Positions 30,315 to 40,400 of a stretch of 64,000 nucleotides of DNA are shown in pieces (the first letter of the stretch is position 1; every line of letters starts with the position of its first letter). Under the pieces are notes generated by a model, which was given only the letters and a program-made list of their open reading frames with translations, searched no databases and was not told where the DNA came from. This stretch comes from Hyalangium minutum. Its GTDB lineage: Bacteria; Myxococcota; Myxococcia; Myxococcales; Myxococcaceae. Made by a program: the position numbers and the translations under genes. The stretch is taken from NCBI RefSeq assembly GCF_000737315.1, contig NZ_JMCB01000010.1:1-64000 (forward strand), written 5' to 3'.

Positions 30315-31886
30315 TTGGCCATCGTGATAGGTCGGAGAAGCAGACGTGCTGGCGCTCCGTCGTCCGCTCGAGCTGTCCACCAGCTCGTGCCGCGGCTGGC
30401 GTGGGGTGACGCAGTGGGCAATCAGGCGCGCTACCTGCAGTCGCTGCTGCGCGGTTGGGGCTATGCGTCAGAGATTTACGCCGAGCAGTGGGACTCAGAG
30501 TGCCAGGAGCAGGTACGCCCCGCCTCGAACTATCCGAAGGAGGCGGACGCGGACACCGCGCTGCTGATCCACCACAGCTTCGAGTCGCGGCTGGTGCCGC
30601 TGATTGCACGCTCACCCGGGCGTAAGGCGCTCGTGTATCACAACGTGACACCTGCTCCGCTCTTCGAGGGTTTCGATCGGAAGGTGGCCGCGGCATGCCT
30701 GGCGGCCCGGGAGGAGTTGCTGGCACTGCGGCCTTGGGTGGAGTGCGCATATGCCTACTCGCACTTCAGCGCCGAGGAGCTGACGGCCGCGGGCTTCCCG
30801 CACGTGTCGGTGATCCCATTCGCACTGGACTGGGGGGCGTTTCACGCGCCGCCGGATCCCACACTCCAGGCGGAGTTCGATGACGGCTGCGTGAACGTCC
30901 TCTTCGTGGGCCGGGCGGTGCCGAGCAAGCGCATCGACGATGTGATGCGCGTGTTCGCGGCGTATCAGCGGCTGTATCAGCCTCGCAGCCGGTTGATCAT
31001 CGCGGGCTACCTCAACCGGGAGACGCCCTATGGGACGTATCTGCATGGGGTGAAGGAGCTGCTGGGCGCCGAGCGGATTCACCTGCTGGGCCGGGTGAGC
31101 GCCGCACAGCTCTCGGCCTGCTACTCGGTGGCCACGGCGTACCTCTCCATGAGCCGGCACGAGGGCTTCGGTGTGCCGCTGCTGGAGGCGATGGAGCGCG
31201 GTGTGCCGGTAGTGGCCTACGGCGCGGCAGCGATTCCCGAGACGATGGGCGGCGCGGGTCTGGCCACTCGGACGCGGGATCCGCTGGAGGTGGCTCAGCT
31301 CCTCGCGGTGCTGGAGCGCGAGCCCGGACTGAGGAAGAAGATCCTCTCCGGGCAGAGAGACAGGCTCGCATCGCTGGGGCAGGAGCAGGTCGCCGCCCGC
31401 ATCCGTGAGGGGCTTTCCCCTTGGTTGGAAGGAGCACTGACGGCACAAGAGATGCCTTCCGTGTCCACCGCCTCGGTGGATCTCGTCTGCCCGGGATATG
31501 AGAGCCATCCCGACGCTCCCGCCTCACGCCTCGCACGAGCGCTGGCGCGGCAACTGCCCGAGGCCCGTGTGCTGGCGCTCAGCCCGGCCCCAGTTCCACT
31601 GTCGGTCAGCCCTCGAGTCGAAGCGCGGGAGGGATTCCAGGTCTGGAGCTTCAGCCCCGATCAGCCACTGCCTGCCTCGCCCAGCGCAGACTTCCCACTC
31701 CCGGGCTCCTCGTCCCTGGAGATGGCGGTGCGAACCTCTTCCGCGAGCACAGTACTGCTGGAGGCGGACGCGGCTGTGGCGAAGCTGGGAGAGCAGATCA
31801 TCCCCTACGAGCCCAACCAGGTGGAGACGGCGGTCCACCCGTTGCTGGAGTCCCTGCGCCGCTCAGGAGTCACCCATGCGCGCTGA
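30315..31886 (+). CDS. GT4 (GT-B) glycosyltransferase
   Basis: LFVGRAVPSKRID and SRHEGFGVPLLEAM; start codon uncertain. Confidence 0.88.
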   Translation: MAIVIGRRSRRAGAPSSARAVHQLVPRLAWGDAVGNQARYLQSLLRGWGYASEIYAEQWDSECQEQVRPASNYPKEADADTALLIHHSFESRLVPLIARSPGRKALVYHNVTPAPLFEGFDRKVAAACLAAREELLALRPWVECAYAYSHFSAEELTAAGFPHVSVIPFALDWGAFHAPPDPTLQAEFDDGCVNVLFVGRAVPSKRIDDVMRVFAAYQRLYQPRSRLIIAGYLNRETPYGTYLHGVKELLGAERIHLLGRVSAAQLSACYSVATAYLSMSRHEGFGVPLLEAMERGVPVVAYGAAAIPETMGGAGLATRTRDPLEVAQLLAVLEREPGLRKKILSGQRDRLASLGQEQVAARIREGLSPWLEGALTAQEMPSVSTASVDLVCPGYESHPDAPASRLARALARQLPEARVLALSPAPVPLSVSPRVEAREGFQVWSFSPDQPLPASPSADFPLPGSSSLEMAVRTSSASTVLLEADAAVAKLGEQIIPYEPNQVETAVHPLLESLRRSGVTHAR

Positions 31887-32343
31887 TCAGCTCTTCTCCG
31901 ATCCGGCCCTCGCGGCGACGGTGGCGGCAGCCACCGAGAAGCTCCCCTCCCCTTCTCCCGAGGCCAGCGAGCAGCTTCGCGCCACGCTGGAGCGCACCGA
32001 ACGGGCCCCCACGGAGGCCCAGTGGCCCCCCATTCTGGAGACACCGCGCCAGAAGAAGGACACGCGCTATGCGGAACCGGCCACCTCCCACCGCCCGGTG
32101 GTGGGCCCGGCTCTGGTGCTGGCCAAGCGCGCCTTCCGAGGCGTCTTCCAGCCGTTCATCAACGAGGTGATGCGCAAGCAGGTGGAGTTCAACGAGGCCA
32201 TCCTGGACTCGCTGGCCTTGATCTACGAGCAGCAGCGCGAGAGCGCCCGTACCCAGGCGGCCTGGCGCAAAGAGATCAGCGAAAAACTGGCCAAGCTCGA
32301 GCAAGCCCCAGCGCGTCCGGCGGCGAAGCGCTCCCGGAAGTGA
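31876..32343 (+). CDS. Small coiled-coil protein carrying the SHR...Q..FN motif
   Basis: ATG overlaps the GT4 end; contains SHRPVVGPALVLAKRAFRGVFQPFINEVMRKQVEFNEAI followed by a heptad-like helix. Confidence 0.75.
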   Translation: MRADQLFSDPALAATVAAATEKLPSPSPEASEQLRATLERTERAPTEAQWPPILETPRQKKDTRYAEPATSHRPVVGPALVLAKRAFRGVFQPFINEVMRKQVEFNEAILDSLALIYEQQRESARTQAAWRKEISEKLAKLEQAPARPAAKRSRK

Positions 32344-32373
32344 GCACGGGACTCAGCCCCTCGCTGGTCTCTC

Positions 32374-33315
32374 TCAGTAGTTGTGGTCGAAGCGCGGGGA
32401 GCCGTGGTCGATGACGGCCCTGCCGCTCTCCCGGCGGTAGCCGTTGGGCGTGTTCGGGAACTTCTCGCTGAAGAAGGCCTCCACTCCGTGCATCGGGGAG
32501 TTCTCAGGCATGTAGTGGAAGACCACGCTCTTGCGCGTCAACTCCGGGCGCTTGATGGGGCTGCCGCCGTGCGGAAGCTGGGGGTGCCAGATCAAGACAT
32601 CGCCCTTGCGCATGAAGTCCGCGCGCGTCAGGGGGATGGCGCGCTGCGAGCACTCCTGGTGGAGGATGCGGATGTACTCGCTGTACAGCTCTCCGGGCTT
32701 CTTGCCAGGGTTGTCGCGCGCGATCTTCAGCCGGTCCATGGGGATGCGGTGTCCACCCACGTGGTACGTCAGCGGCCCCGCGTCCGGAGACACATCCTCC
32801 AGCGCCGTCCACACACCGAAGAACTGGCCCTCCGGGTTCGTGTGGAAGAAGGGCGAGTCGCGGTGGATGGCCTGCTGGCTGCCCTTCTCGAAAACGAGGG
32901 AGCTGCAGACCGCCGCGCGCTTCCCGAAGGCGAAGTCCAGCACCTCCAGCACCCGCGGGTGTAAGCCGATGCTCAGGGCCCGTGGGGAGGACAGGTGCAG
33001 GTTGCACAGGCGCTCGTGATAGCCCTGCGCGTCCCGGTAGTCCGCCGCTGCGGCCGAGTGCTGCTGGCAGTACTGGTGGAACTCCTGTGTCAGCTGCTCG
33101 CAGGTGTCGGCACTCACCAGTCCTGGGATGCGCGTCACACCGTCGCGGATGAGCTCGCCCACATGCTTGCGCAGGAACTCGCTGCGCGTGCGCTCACGCA
33201 GCAGGGTCTCCGCATTCGGGTGGTCCAGCCACAGCCCAGAAGCCCCGGGCTCGAGGCCCACGGCCCCCTTTGCCTTCTGCAGCAGCTCGTTCGCCCTTTC
33301 GACAATCTTCAGCAT
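32374..33315 (-). CDS. Phytanoyl-CoA dioxygenase (PhyH)-family Fe(II)/2OG oxygenase
   Basis: HRD (HxD), GVWTALEDVSPDAGPL.Y..GGH, KGDVLIWH...HGG and RKS. Confidence 0.85.
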   Translation of the reverse strand: MLKIVERANELLQKAKGAVGLEPGASGLWLDHPNAETLLRERTRSEFLRKHVGELIRDGVTRIPGLVSADTCEQLTQEFHQYCQQHSAAAADYRDAQGYHERLCNLHLSSPRALSIGLHPRVLEVLDFAFGKRAAVCSSLVFEKGSQQAIHRDSPFFHTNPEGQFFGVWTALEDVSPDAGPLTYHVGGHRIPMDRLKIARDNPGKKPGELYSEYIRILHQECSQRAIPLTRADFMRKGDVLIWHPQLPHGGSPIKRPELTRKSVVFHYMPENSPMHGVEAFFSEKFPNTPNGYRRESGRAVIDHGSPRFDHNY

Positions 33316-33401
33316 GGTGCTCCTCACAAGGACCCGGCCTGGCCCAGGGTACGGCGACAACGTACCAGCTAACGCTCCGCACGCCAGCAGCCATCCCTCC
33401 C

Positions 33402-36400
33402 CTACGGCTTGCCCGAGGCGCGCTTGCGCGAGGGCTCCGCACCGCCCTGAGCCGTATGTGCCCCTTCGCCGTGCACCAGCTGCGCGTGCACGCGATCCAC
33501 CTGCTCTTCCCAGGTGGTGCGCAAGATGCGCTCCGCAGCCTCCGTGCGAATCGAAGCGCGCAGGGCCGTGTTCGTGACGGCGGCGCGCAGCTGCTCCAAC
33601 ACGCACGAATAGGTCGGCTCGGCCAGCAGGCAGTTCTTCCCGTGCTCCAGCAGCCAGTGGTTGGCGGGGTTGTCGTTGGTCACCACCGTCACCCCACAGG
33701 CCATCAGCTCGAAGGGCAGGTACGAGGGGTGCTTGGTGAACATGAAGCACAGGCCCACGTCGCACTCCCGGTACAGGTCCGCCGTCCGCTCGTAGGGCAG
33801 CACGCCCAGGCTGTTGATGACGCCCTGCAAGCCGTACTGCTCCGGATCCCACTTCTCACCCGCGGTGACGATCTCCACCGCGGGCCCCAGCTCTTGCTTG
33901 AGCTGGCGCAGCGTGGCGATGCCCAGCTCGAAGGCGTTCCGGTCCGTGGAGGGCCGCCCGTAGAAGAAGACGCGCACGGGCCCGCCCCGGCGCTCGGGAC
34001 GCCGGTCATGGAAGATGGAACGATCCACGGTGGGCTCGAACCAGCAACCCTGCATGGGGTACTGCTTCGTCACGTAGTCGTAGAGCCCTTGGGTGTTGAA
34101 GATGCCGTACAGGCCCATCCGGTAGGTCTGCTCGGCCAGCGCCGAGTAGGTGCCCGCAGTGAAGAACTGCGGCTCGTAGTCCTGGATGAAGTAGGCCTTG
34201 AGCATGGCGCGCGGGTGCTCCAGCACCGAGTACGCCGACGTCCAGAACGTGGCGATGGCCACGTCGCACTCGGGCAAGTCCTTCACCTCGTCCATGCTCC
34301 GCAGCACCCGGAAGCGCCCCGGCGGCTCTGGGTAGAGCACGGACGCGCGCGCCTGCATCTCGGCCGCGGTGACCTGCGGGTTGGTGTAGATGACCAGGTC
34401 GCTCTCCGCGCCGTGCCGCCGCTTCAGCATGTCCGCGAAGCGCAGGATGGTGTGGATGCCACCGTAGGGGTGGTGGAAGGACGGGATGAACCAGCAGATG
34501 CGATCGATGCGCCCCTTCTGGCGCAGGGCCGCGAGCCGCTCGGGGGCCTGGCGGCGCGCCTCGTCCGCCTGGGCGGAGGTGTAGTCCAGCCCCTTCAGGT
34601 GGTCCGCCACGTGGCGCTGGTGCTGGGCGCGCTCAGCGGAGATGGAGGATTGAGCGCTGGGCAAGTCATACACCAGCGTCCGTACCGCCAGCTCCTCGCC
34701 ACTCTCCGTGTGGCGCCGCAACGTGGCGTCCGTGCTCAGCAGGGTGAGGTTCGGGTTGTAGAAGGGATCGCCCTTCAGCAAGTAAGGCCGGTAGACCGAG
34801 TACGACATCCAGAAGTCGTTCTCGGGGATGGAATCCAGCCGACGGCTGGCGGACTCGTGGTGCACCAGCTTGCAGTGGGGCGTGTAGACGACGCGCAGCC
34901 CGGCCTCCACCAGCCGCAGCCCGATATCCACATCGCTGCCGCAGACGACGAAGCGCTCGTCGAAGCCCTTCATCGCCTCGAACACCTCGCGCCGCAGCAT
35001 GACGCACGCGCTGGTGACGGACAGGTAGTTGCGCACCCAGTCCGCGTGGCCGAACGGCGTCCACGCGGTGGTATCTGGCACGCGCCAGAACGGGTGCCCC
35101 GCGAACCCCGTGAGCCCCACCACCACGCCCGCATGCTGGAGCGTGCCATCCGGGAAGAGCAGCTTTGCTCCCACCGCGCCTACCTCGGGGCGCTGCGCCT
35201 GGCCGATCAGCTCCTCCAGCCAGCCGGGGTCGATGACCTCCATGTCGTTATTGAGGAAGAGCAGCAGGTCGCCACGCGCCTCCCGGGCCGCGAAGTTATT
35301 GATGGCCGGGTAGTTGAACGGGTGATCCCACGTCAGCTTGCGGATGCGCGGATCCGTGAGCGTCTCCAGCAGCGCGAACGTCTCCGGCTTCGTGCTGTTG
35401 TTGGAGACCAGCAGCAGCTCGTAGTTCGTGTACCGCGTCTTCTCCAGCAGCGTGGAGGTGAGCGTCCGCAGCAGCTCGGGCTTGTCCTTGAACGGGACGA
35501 TGATGGAGACGAGCGGAGTGCCCCGCACCGGGTAGCGCACCCGGTAGTGCGTGGGGGCCACCTCCTCCACCGTGCCGGGCTCGTTCAGCCGCTGCAGGTG
35601 CTCGGTGAGCGCGCGCACTCCTGCGGCCGAGGCCGCCTGGAGCTTGGCCGGATCCTGCGACAGCGAGATGTCCGAGGCGCGCCAGTGATAGAGGATGCCG
35701 GGAACGTGGGCAATGCGCGGCGTGTGCTCGGAGAGCCGCAGCAGGAACTCGAAGTCCTGCGAGCCCTGGAAGCCGTCGCGCAGGCCGCCCGCCTTGGCGA
35801 GCAGCGTGCGGCGCACCACGACGAAGTGGCAGATGTAGTTGACCGAGCGCAGCAGGTCGGGCGACCAGTCCGGCTTGAAGAAGGGCCCGAAGCGCCGGCC
35901 GTCATTGCCCAGGCGATCCTCGTCCGAGTAGAGCAGGTCCAGTTCGGGCTCGCGGTCCAGCCGCAGCACCATCTCCGCCAGGGCGTTGGGCGCCAGCACA
36001 TCGTCATGGTCGAAGAAGGCCACGAAGTCGCCGGTGGCCATCTCGATGGCCGCGTTGGTGGCGGCGGAGATGCCAGCATTGGCGGGCAGCGTCTTGAAGC
36101 GGATGCGGGCGTCCGTCTGGGCATAGCTGCTCAGCACGCGCTCCACGTGGGGCGAGCGGCTCCCATCGTTTGCCAGACACAGCTCCCAATTCCCGTAGCT
36201 CTGGGCACGCACGGAGTCGATGCACTGGCGGAGGATGGGCTCGGGGGTCTCGTAGACGGGGACCACCACGCTGATGAGCGGCTTGCGGCTCAGGGTCTCC
36301 AGCGCCGCAGCCGAGCGCTGATACCAGGCGGGCTCGCGCTCGGCGCACCACGCCTCGTAGTTGTCGGCCACCGGCGCCGCCGAGGCCGGCACCCGCGTCT

Positions 36401-37316
36401 CAAGCAGGTTGGCCAGGCACAGCGAGACCTCATTGTTGAAGCTCGCCTGGCGGCGGAAGACCTCACGCCACAGGGGCAACGAGGCTTTGGCCGCCTTGGG
36501 CAGCTGCACCTGGGCGAACGGATCATTCAGCGCGTGCAACTCGGCCACCCGGCGCGCGCGCTCATCGAGCGTCACCGAGCGTGGATTGGCCGCCAGCACC
36601 AGCAACTCCACCGCCGCCTCGTTCCACCGCTGCTGGCCCGCCATCAGCTCCCGCAGCCACGGCCCCATGGCCTGGAGCCACGAGCTCTTCACCAGCTTGA
36701 CGGCCTTGCCCACCCCGCTCCGCCGGTGGGAGGCCACCTGCCACTGCGAGGTGTCCCGCATCGGCTCGAGCCGGCGGCGAACCCAGTCGCCCAGGTCCAT
36801 CCCCATGGTGGTGGCGCTGCGGGCCTGCAGGTACTCGATCACCGCGAGCAGCTCGTTGTTGAAGGCGTACTGAGGCCGCAGCATCTCCACGTGCAGGGGC
36901 TTGAGTCCCTGGACGAAGACGCTCTTGGCGGCGGTGACGGCGCGGCCCACGCCCTTGCGGTGCGAGGGAGGCACCTCGAAGTGGAGGATGTCCGCCAGCT
37001 TCCGCGCGGCCTGCAGTGGCGTGTGCGGCCGGGCCGAGTCCTCGGGCAAGCGGCTCTTCATCTCGCGCGTGAGCAGCTGGAGGATCCGCTGCTGCACCAT
37101 GAGGTCCTGGCACCCGGTGCTGCTGCACGGCTGCTGCGCCTGGAGGGCGCGGCGCTGGGCCGCCACCATCTCCGCCAACTCTCCAGCCGTGAACGTCCGC
37201 GAGATCTCCGCGGGGCTGTCCCCGCTGAACTCGGGCAGCGTCGCCAGCGGAGGGACGGGGGAGCGCCCGGAAGCGCGATCAGAAGAGGACGGCGTGTCGA
37301 GTGATTTCTTGGACAT
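33402..37316 (-). CDS. ~1304-aa multidomain glycosyltransferase (N-terminal helical repeats, GT2, GT2, WsaF-like GT-B)
   Basis: ISVVVPVYET...FFDHDD; VSIIVPFKD...FLNND; C-terminal GGIHTI...ATFW...YFIQDYEP.F...FFYGRPSTDRNAFEL (WsaF-like). Confidence 0.9.
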   Translation of the reverse strand: MSKKSLDTPSSSDRASGRSPVPPLATLPEFSGDSPAEISRTFTAGELAEMVAAQRRALQAQQPCSSTGCQDLMVQQRILQLLTREMKSRLPEDSARPHTPLQAARKLADILHFEVPPSHRKGVGRAVTAAKSVFVQGLKPLHVEMLRPQYAFNNELLAVIEYLQARSATTMGMDLGDWVRRRLEPMRDTSQWQVASHRRSGVGKAVKLVKSSWLQAMGPWLRELMAGQQRWNEAAVELLVLAANPRSVTLDERARRVAELHALNDPFAQVQLPKAAKASLPLWREVFRRQASFNNEVSLCLANLLETRVPASAAPVADNYEAWCAEREPAWYQRSAAALETLSRKPLISVVVPVYETPEPILRQCIDSVRAQSYGNWELCLANDGSRSPHVERVLSSYAQTDARIRFKTLPANAGISAATNAAIEMATGDFVAFFDHDDVLAPNALAEMVLRLDREPELDLLYSDEDRLGNDGRRFGPFFKPDWSPDLLRSVNYICHFVVVRRTLLAKAGGLRDGFQGSQDFEFLLRLSEHTPRIAHVPGILYHWRASDISLSQDPAKLQAASAAGVRALTEHLQRLNEPGTVEEVAPTHYRVRYPVRGTPLVSIIVPFKDKPELLRTLTSTLLEKTRYTNYELLLVSNNSTKPETFALLETLTDPRIRKLTWDHPFNYPAINNFAAREARGDLLLFLNNDMEVIDPGWLEELIGQAQRPEVGAVGAKLLFPDGTLQHAGVVVGLTGFAGHPFWRVPDTTAWTPFGHADWVRNYLSVTSACVMLRREVFEAMKGFDERFVVCGSDVDIGLRLVEAGLRVVYTPHCKLVHHESASRRLDSIPENDFWMSYSVYRPYLLKGDPFYNPNLTLLSTDATLRRHTESGEELAVRTLVYDLPSAQSSISAERAQHQRHVADHLKGLDYTSAQADEARRQAPERLAALRQKGRIDRICWFIPSFHHPYGGIHTILRFADMLKRRHGAESDLVIYTNPQVTAAEMQARASVLYPEPPGRFRVLRSMDEVKDLPECDVAIATFWTSAYSVLEHPRAMLKAYFIQDYEPQFFTAGTYSALAEQTYRMGLYGIFNTQGLYDYVTKQYPMQGCWFEPTVDRSIFHDRRPERRGGPVRVFFYGRPSTDRNAFELGIATLRQLKQELGPAVEIVTAGEKWDPEQYGLQGVINSLGVLPYERTADLYRECDVGLCFMFTKHPSYLPFELMACGVTVVTNDNPANHWLLEHGKNCLLAEPTYSCVLEQLRAAVTNTALRASIRTEAAERILRTTWEEQVDRVHAQLVHGEGAHTAQGGAEPSRKRASGKP

Positions 37317-37451
37317 GGGGCAAAGGGCCTGCATCCCTACACCAGACACATGTCGGGGCGCGAGGGCTGCATGAAGGGACGACCCTCCCGGCAGGCGAGC
37401 GAGCACTCGGCCGCCGGGTGGCTACAGCTCACCTGAGGGACAGCTCACACG

Positions 37452-40400
37452 TCAGGAACGACCGGCCCGGAAGCTGCTCGTGGGAAAGGACACCGGCTGG
37501 CGAAGCTCTCCGGGGTGCGGCAGCTCCGCGCGGGAGACCGGGAGGCCCATGAGGGCCGCGTACACCTTATCCACCTGCTCCTCCCACGTCGTACGCGTCA
37601 CTCGCTCCACGGCGGCGGCGCTGATCCGCGCGCGGAGTGAAGCATCCTGAACCGCGTGACGCAGCTGGGTCAGCACGCACGAGTAGGTGGGCTCAGCCAG
37701 CAGGCAGTTCTTCTCGTGCTCCAGCAGCCAGAGGTTTGCGGGGTTGTCGTTGGTCACCACCGTGACGCCGCACGCCATCATCTCGAAGGGCAGGTACGAG
37801 GGGTGCTTGGTGAACATGAAGCACAGGCCCACATCGCACTCCCGGTACAAGTCTCCCGTCTTCTCGTACGGGAGGATGCCGTAGTTGTGGATCACCCCCT
37901 GCACCCCGAACACCGCCGGATCCCACTTCTCACCGGCGGTGACGATCTCCACCGCGTTGCCCAGCTCCTTCTTGAGCTGACTCAGCGTGGCCAGGCCCAG
38001 CTCGAAGGCGTTCCGGTCCGTGGACGGACGCGCGTAGAAGAACAGCCGCACGGGCCCCTTGCGGGCGGGCCGCCGCGCATGGAACACCGAGCGCTCCACG
38101 GTGGGCTCGAACCAGCAGCCCTCCATGGGGTAGTTCGCGGTGACGTGGTCGTGCAGGCCCTGGGTGTTGAAGATGCCGTAGAAGCCCATCCGGTACGTCT
38201 GCTCCGCCAGCGCGTAATAGCTGCCCGCCGGATAGAAGAGTGGCTCGAAGTCCTGAATGAAGTAGGCGCGCGCCTTCGCCCGCGGGTACTGCAGCATCAC
38301 GTACGCGCTCGTCCACAGCGTGGCGATTGCCAGGTCCGACGGAGGCAGCCCGGCCAGATCCTCCGAGCGCTGGATGATGTGGAACTGGCCCGGAGGCTCC
38401 GGGAAGAGCGGCGCAATGCGCGCCTCCATCTCCCGCGGCGTCACCCGGGGGGTGTCGTAGATGACGATGGTGTTCTCCACGCCATGCCGGCGCTTCAGCA
38501 GATCCCCGAAGCGCAGGATGGTGTGCACGCCGCCGTAGGGGTGGCCGAAGCCCGGGACGAACCACGTGACGCGCCGCAGCCCCTCCGAGCGCAACGCGGC
38601 GAGCTGCCGGGGCGCCTCGGCCCGCGAGCGCTCCACCACCTCCACGGAGTAGTCCAGGGCGCGCACCTGACCGGAGAGGTGCCGGACGTGGTTGGCTCGC
38701 GCCGCAGTGACGTCGTCCACGCGCGAGCTGGGCAACTCGCCCAGGAGCACCTGGATGGCCAGGCTCTGTGCGTCCTCCGTCCCCCGGAAGCTCCCATCCG
38801 AGCCCAGCAGCGTGAGGTTCGCGTTGTAGAAGGGATCGCCGCCGTACAGCCACCGCCGGTAGGCCACGTACGAGCGCCAGAAGTCATTCTCCGGGATGGA
38901 GTCGGTCTTCCGCGTCGCGGACTCGTGGTGGATGAGGGTGGCATGCGGCGTGTACACCACGCGCAGGCCATGCTCCACGGCGCGCAGGCCGAGCTCCACG
39001 TCGCTGCCGCAGACGATGAAGCACTCGTCGAAGCCCTCGAGCTGCTCGAAGATGGTGCGGCGCATCATCACGCACGCGCCGGTGACCGCCAGGTAATTGC
39101 GCGTCCAGTCCGCCCGGCCCATGGGCGTGGAAGCCGTGGGGGCCAGCTGGGTGAACGGGTGGCCCGCATAGCCGCCCAGCCCCACCACGACACCCGCGTG
39201 CTGCAGCGTGCCGTCCGGGAAGAGCAGCCGCGCCCCCACGAGCCCCACCTCGGGCCGCTGCGCCTGGCCGATCAGCTCCTCCAGCCAGCCCTCCTCGATG
39301 ACCTCGATGTCGTTGTTGAGGAACAGCAGCAGCTCGCCCGTGGCCTGCTCGACGCCAAAGTTGTTGATGGCCGAGTAGTTGAACGGGTGATCCCACGTCA
39401 GCTTGCGAATGCGCGGATCCGTGAGCGTCTCCAGCAGCGCGAATGTCTCCGGCTTCGTGCTGTTGTTGGAGATGAGCAGCAGCTCCACGTTCGGGTAGCG
39501 CGTGTACTTCACGAAGCTGGTGACGAGCGTCTCCAGCAGCTCGGGCTTGTCCTTGAACGGAACGATGATCGACACGCGCGGCGTGCCTTGCACGGGGTAG
39601 CGGACCCGGAGCGTGCCCGAGGGCGACACCAGGGCCTCGCCCTGCTCTCCCAGGCGCCGCAGATGCTCGGCGAGCACGCGCCTCCCTGGGCCAGCCTGGG
39701 GCACGGGCACGTTGGCCAGGGGGCCTGGCGCCGTGGCGCGGCGGTGCAGCAGCACGCGGGGGACGTGGGTGATGCGCTGGGTCTGCTCGGAGAGGCGCAG
39801 CGCCAAATCGTAGCCGTGGAAGCCCACCAGACCCGGCTGATGGCCGCCCACCCGCTCCAGCAGCGAACGGCGGACGACGAGCAGCGAACCCCAGTAGTGG
39901 CACGAGCGCAGCAGATCCGGCGACCAGTCCGGCTTGAAGAACGGCTCGCGGCGCCTCCGGTTCTCGTCGAGCTGGTCCTCGTCCGCATACAGCACGTCGA
40001 AGTCGATCTCGGCCCGCGTGCGCCGGGCCACCTCGGCCAGCGCGTGCGGCGCGAGCTCATCGCCCAGCTCCATGAAGGCGATGATCTCACCCTGGGCCAG
40101 GGCGCGCGCCGCCTCGTAGGCCCGGGCCGGATCGTTGCCCACGGACTCGGTGACAATGTGGATCCGCTCGTCCTCGGCGTCCTGCATCTCCACCCACGTG
40201 GAGAGCTTGCGCGAGACGGTGCCGGTGCTGGCGATACACAACTCCCACTCGCCGTAGCTCTGCTTCAGCAACGAGCCGAGCGTGGCACGGACCTCGGCTT
40301 CCGAGACGTTCGTGCCCACAGCCACCACGCTGATGAGCGGCGGGGACTCCAGCTCCTCGGCCTCGCGCTCGGCCTCGGCCCGCTGCTCGGGCTCCACGCG

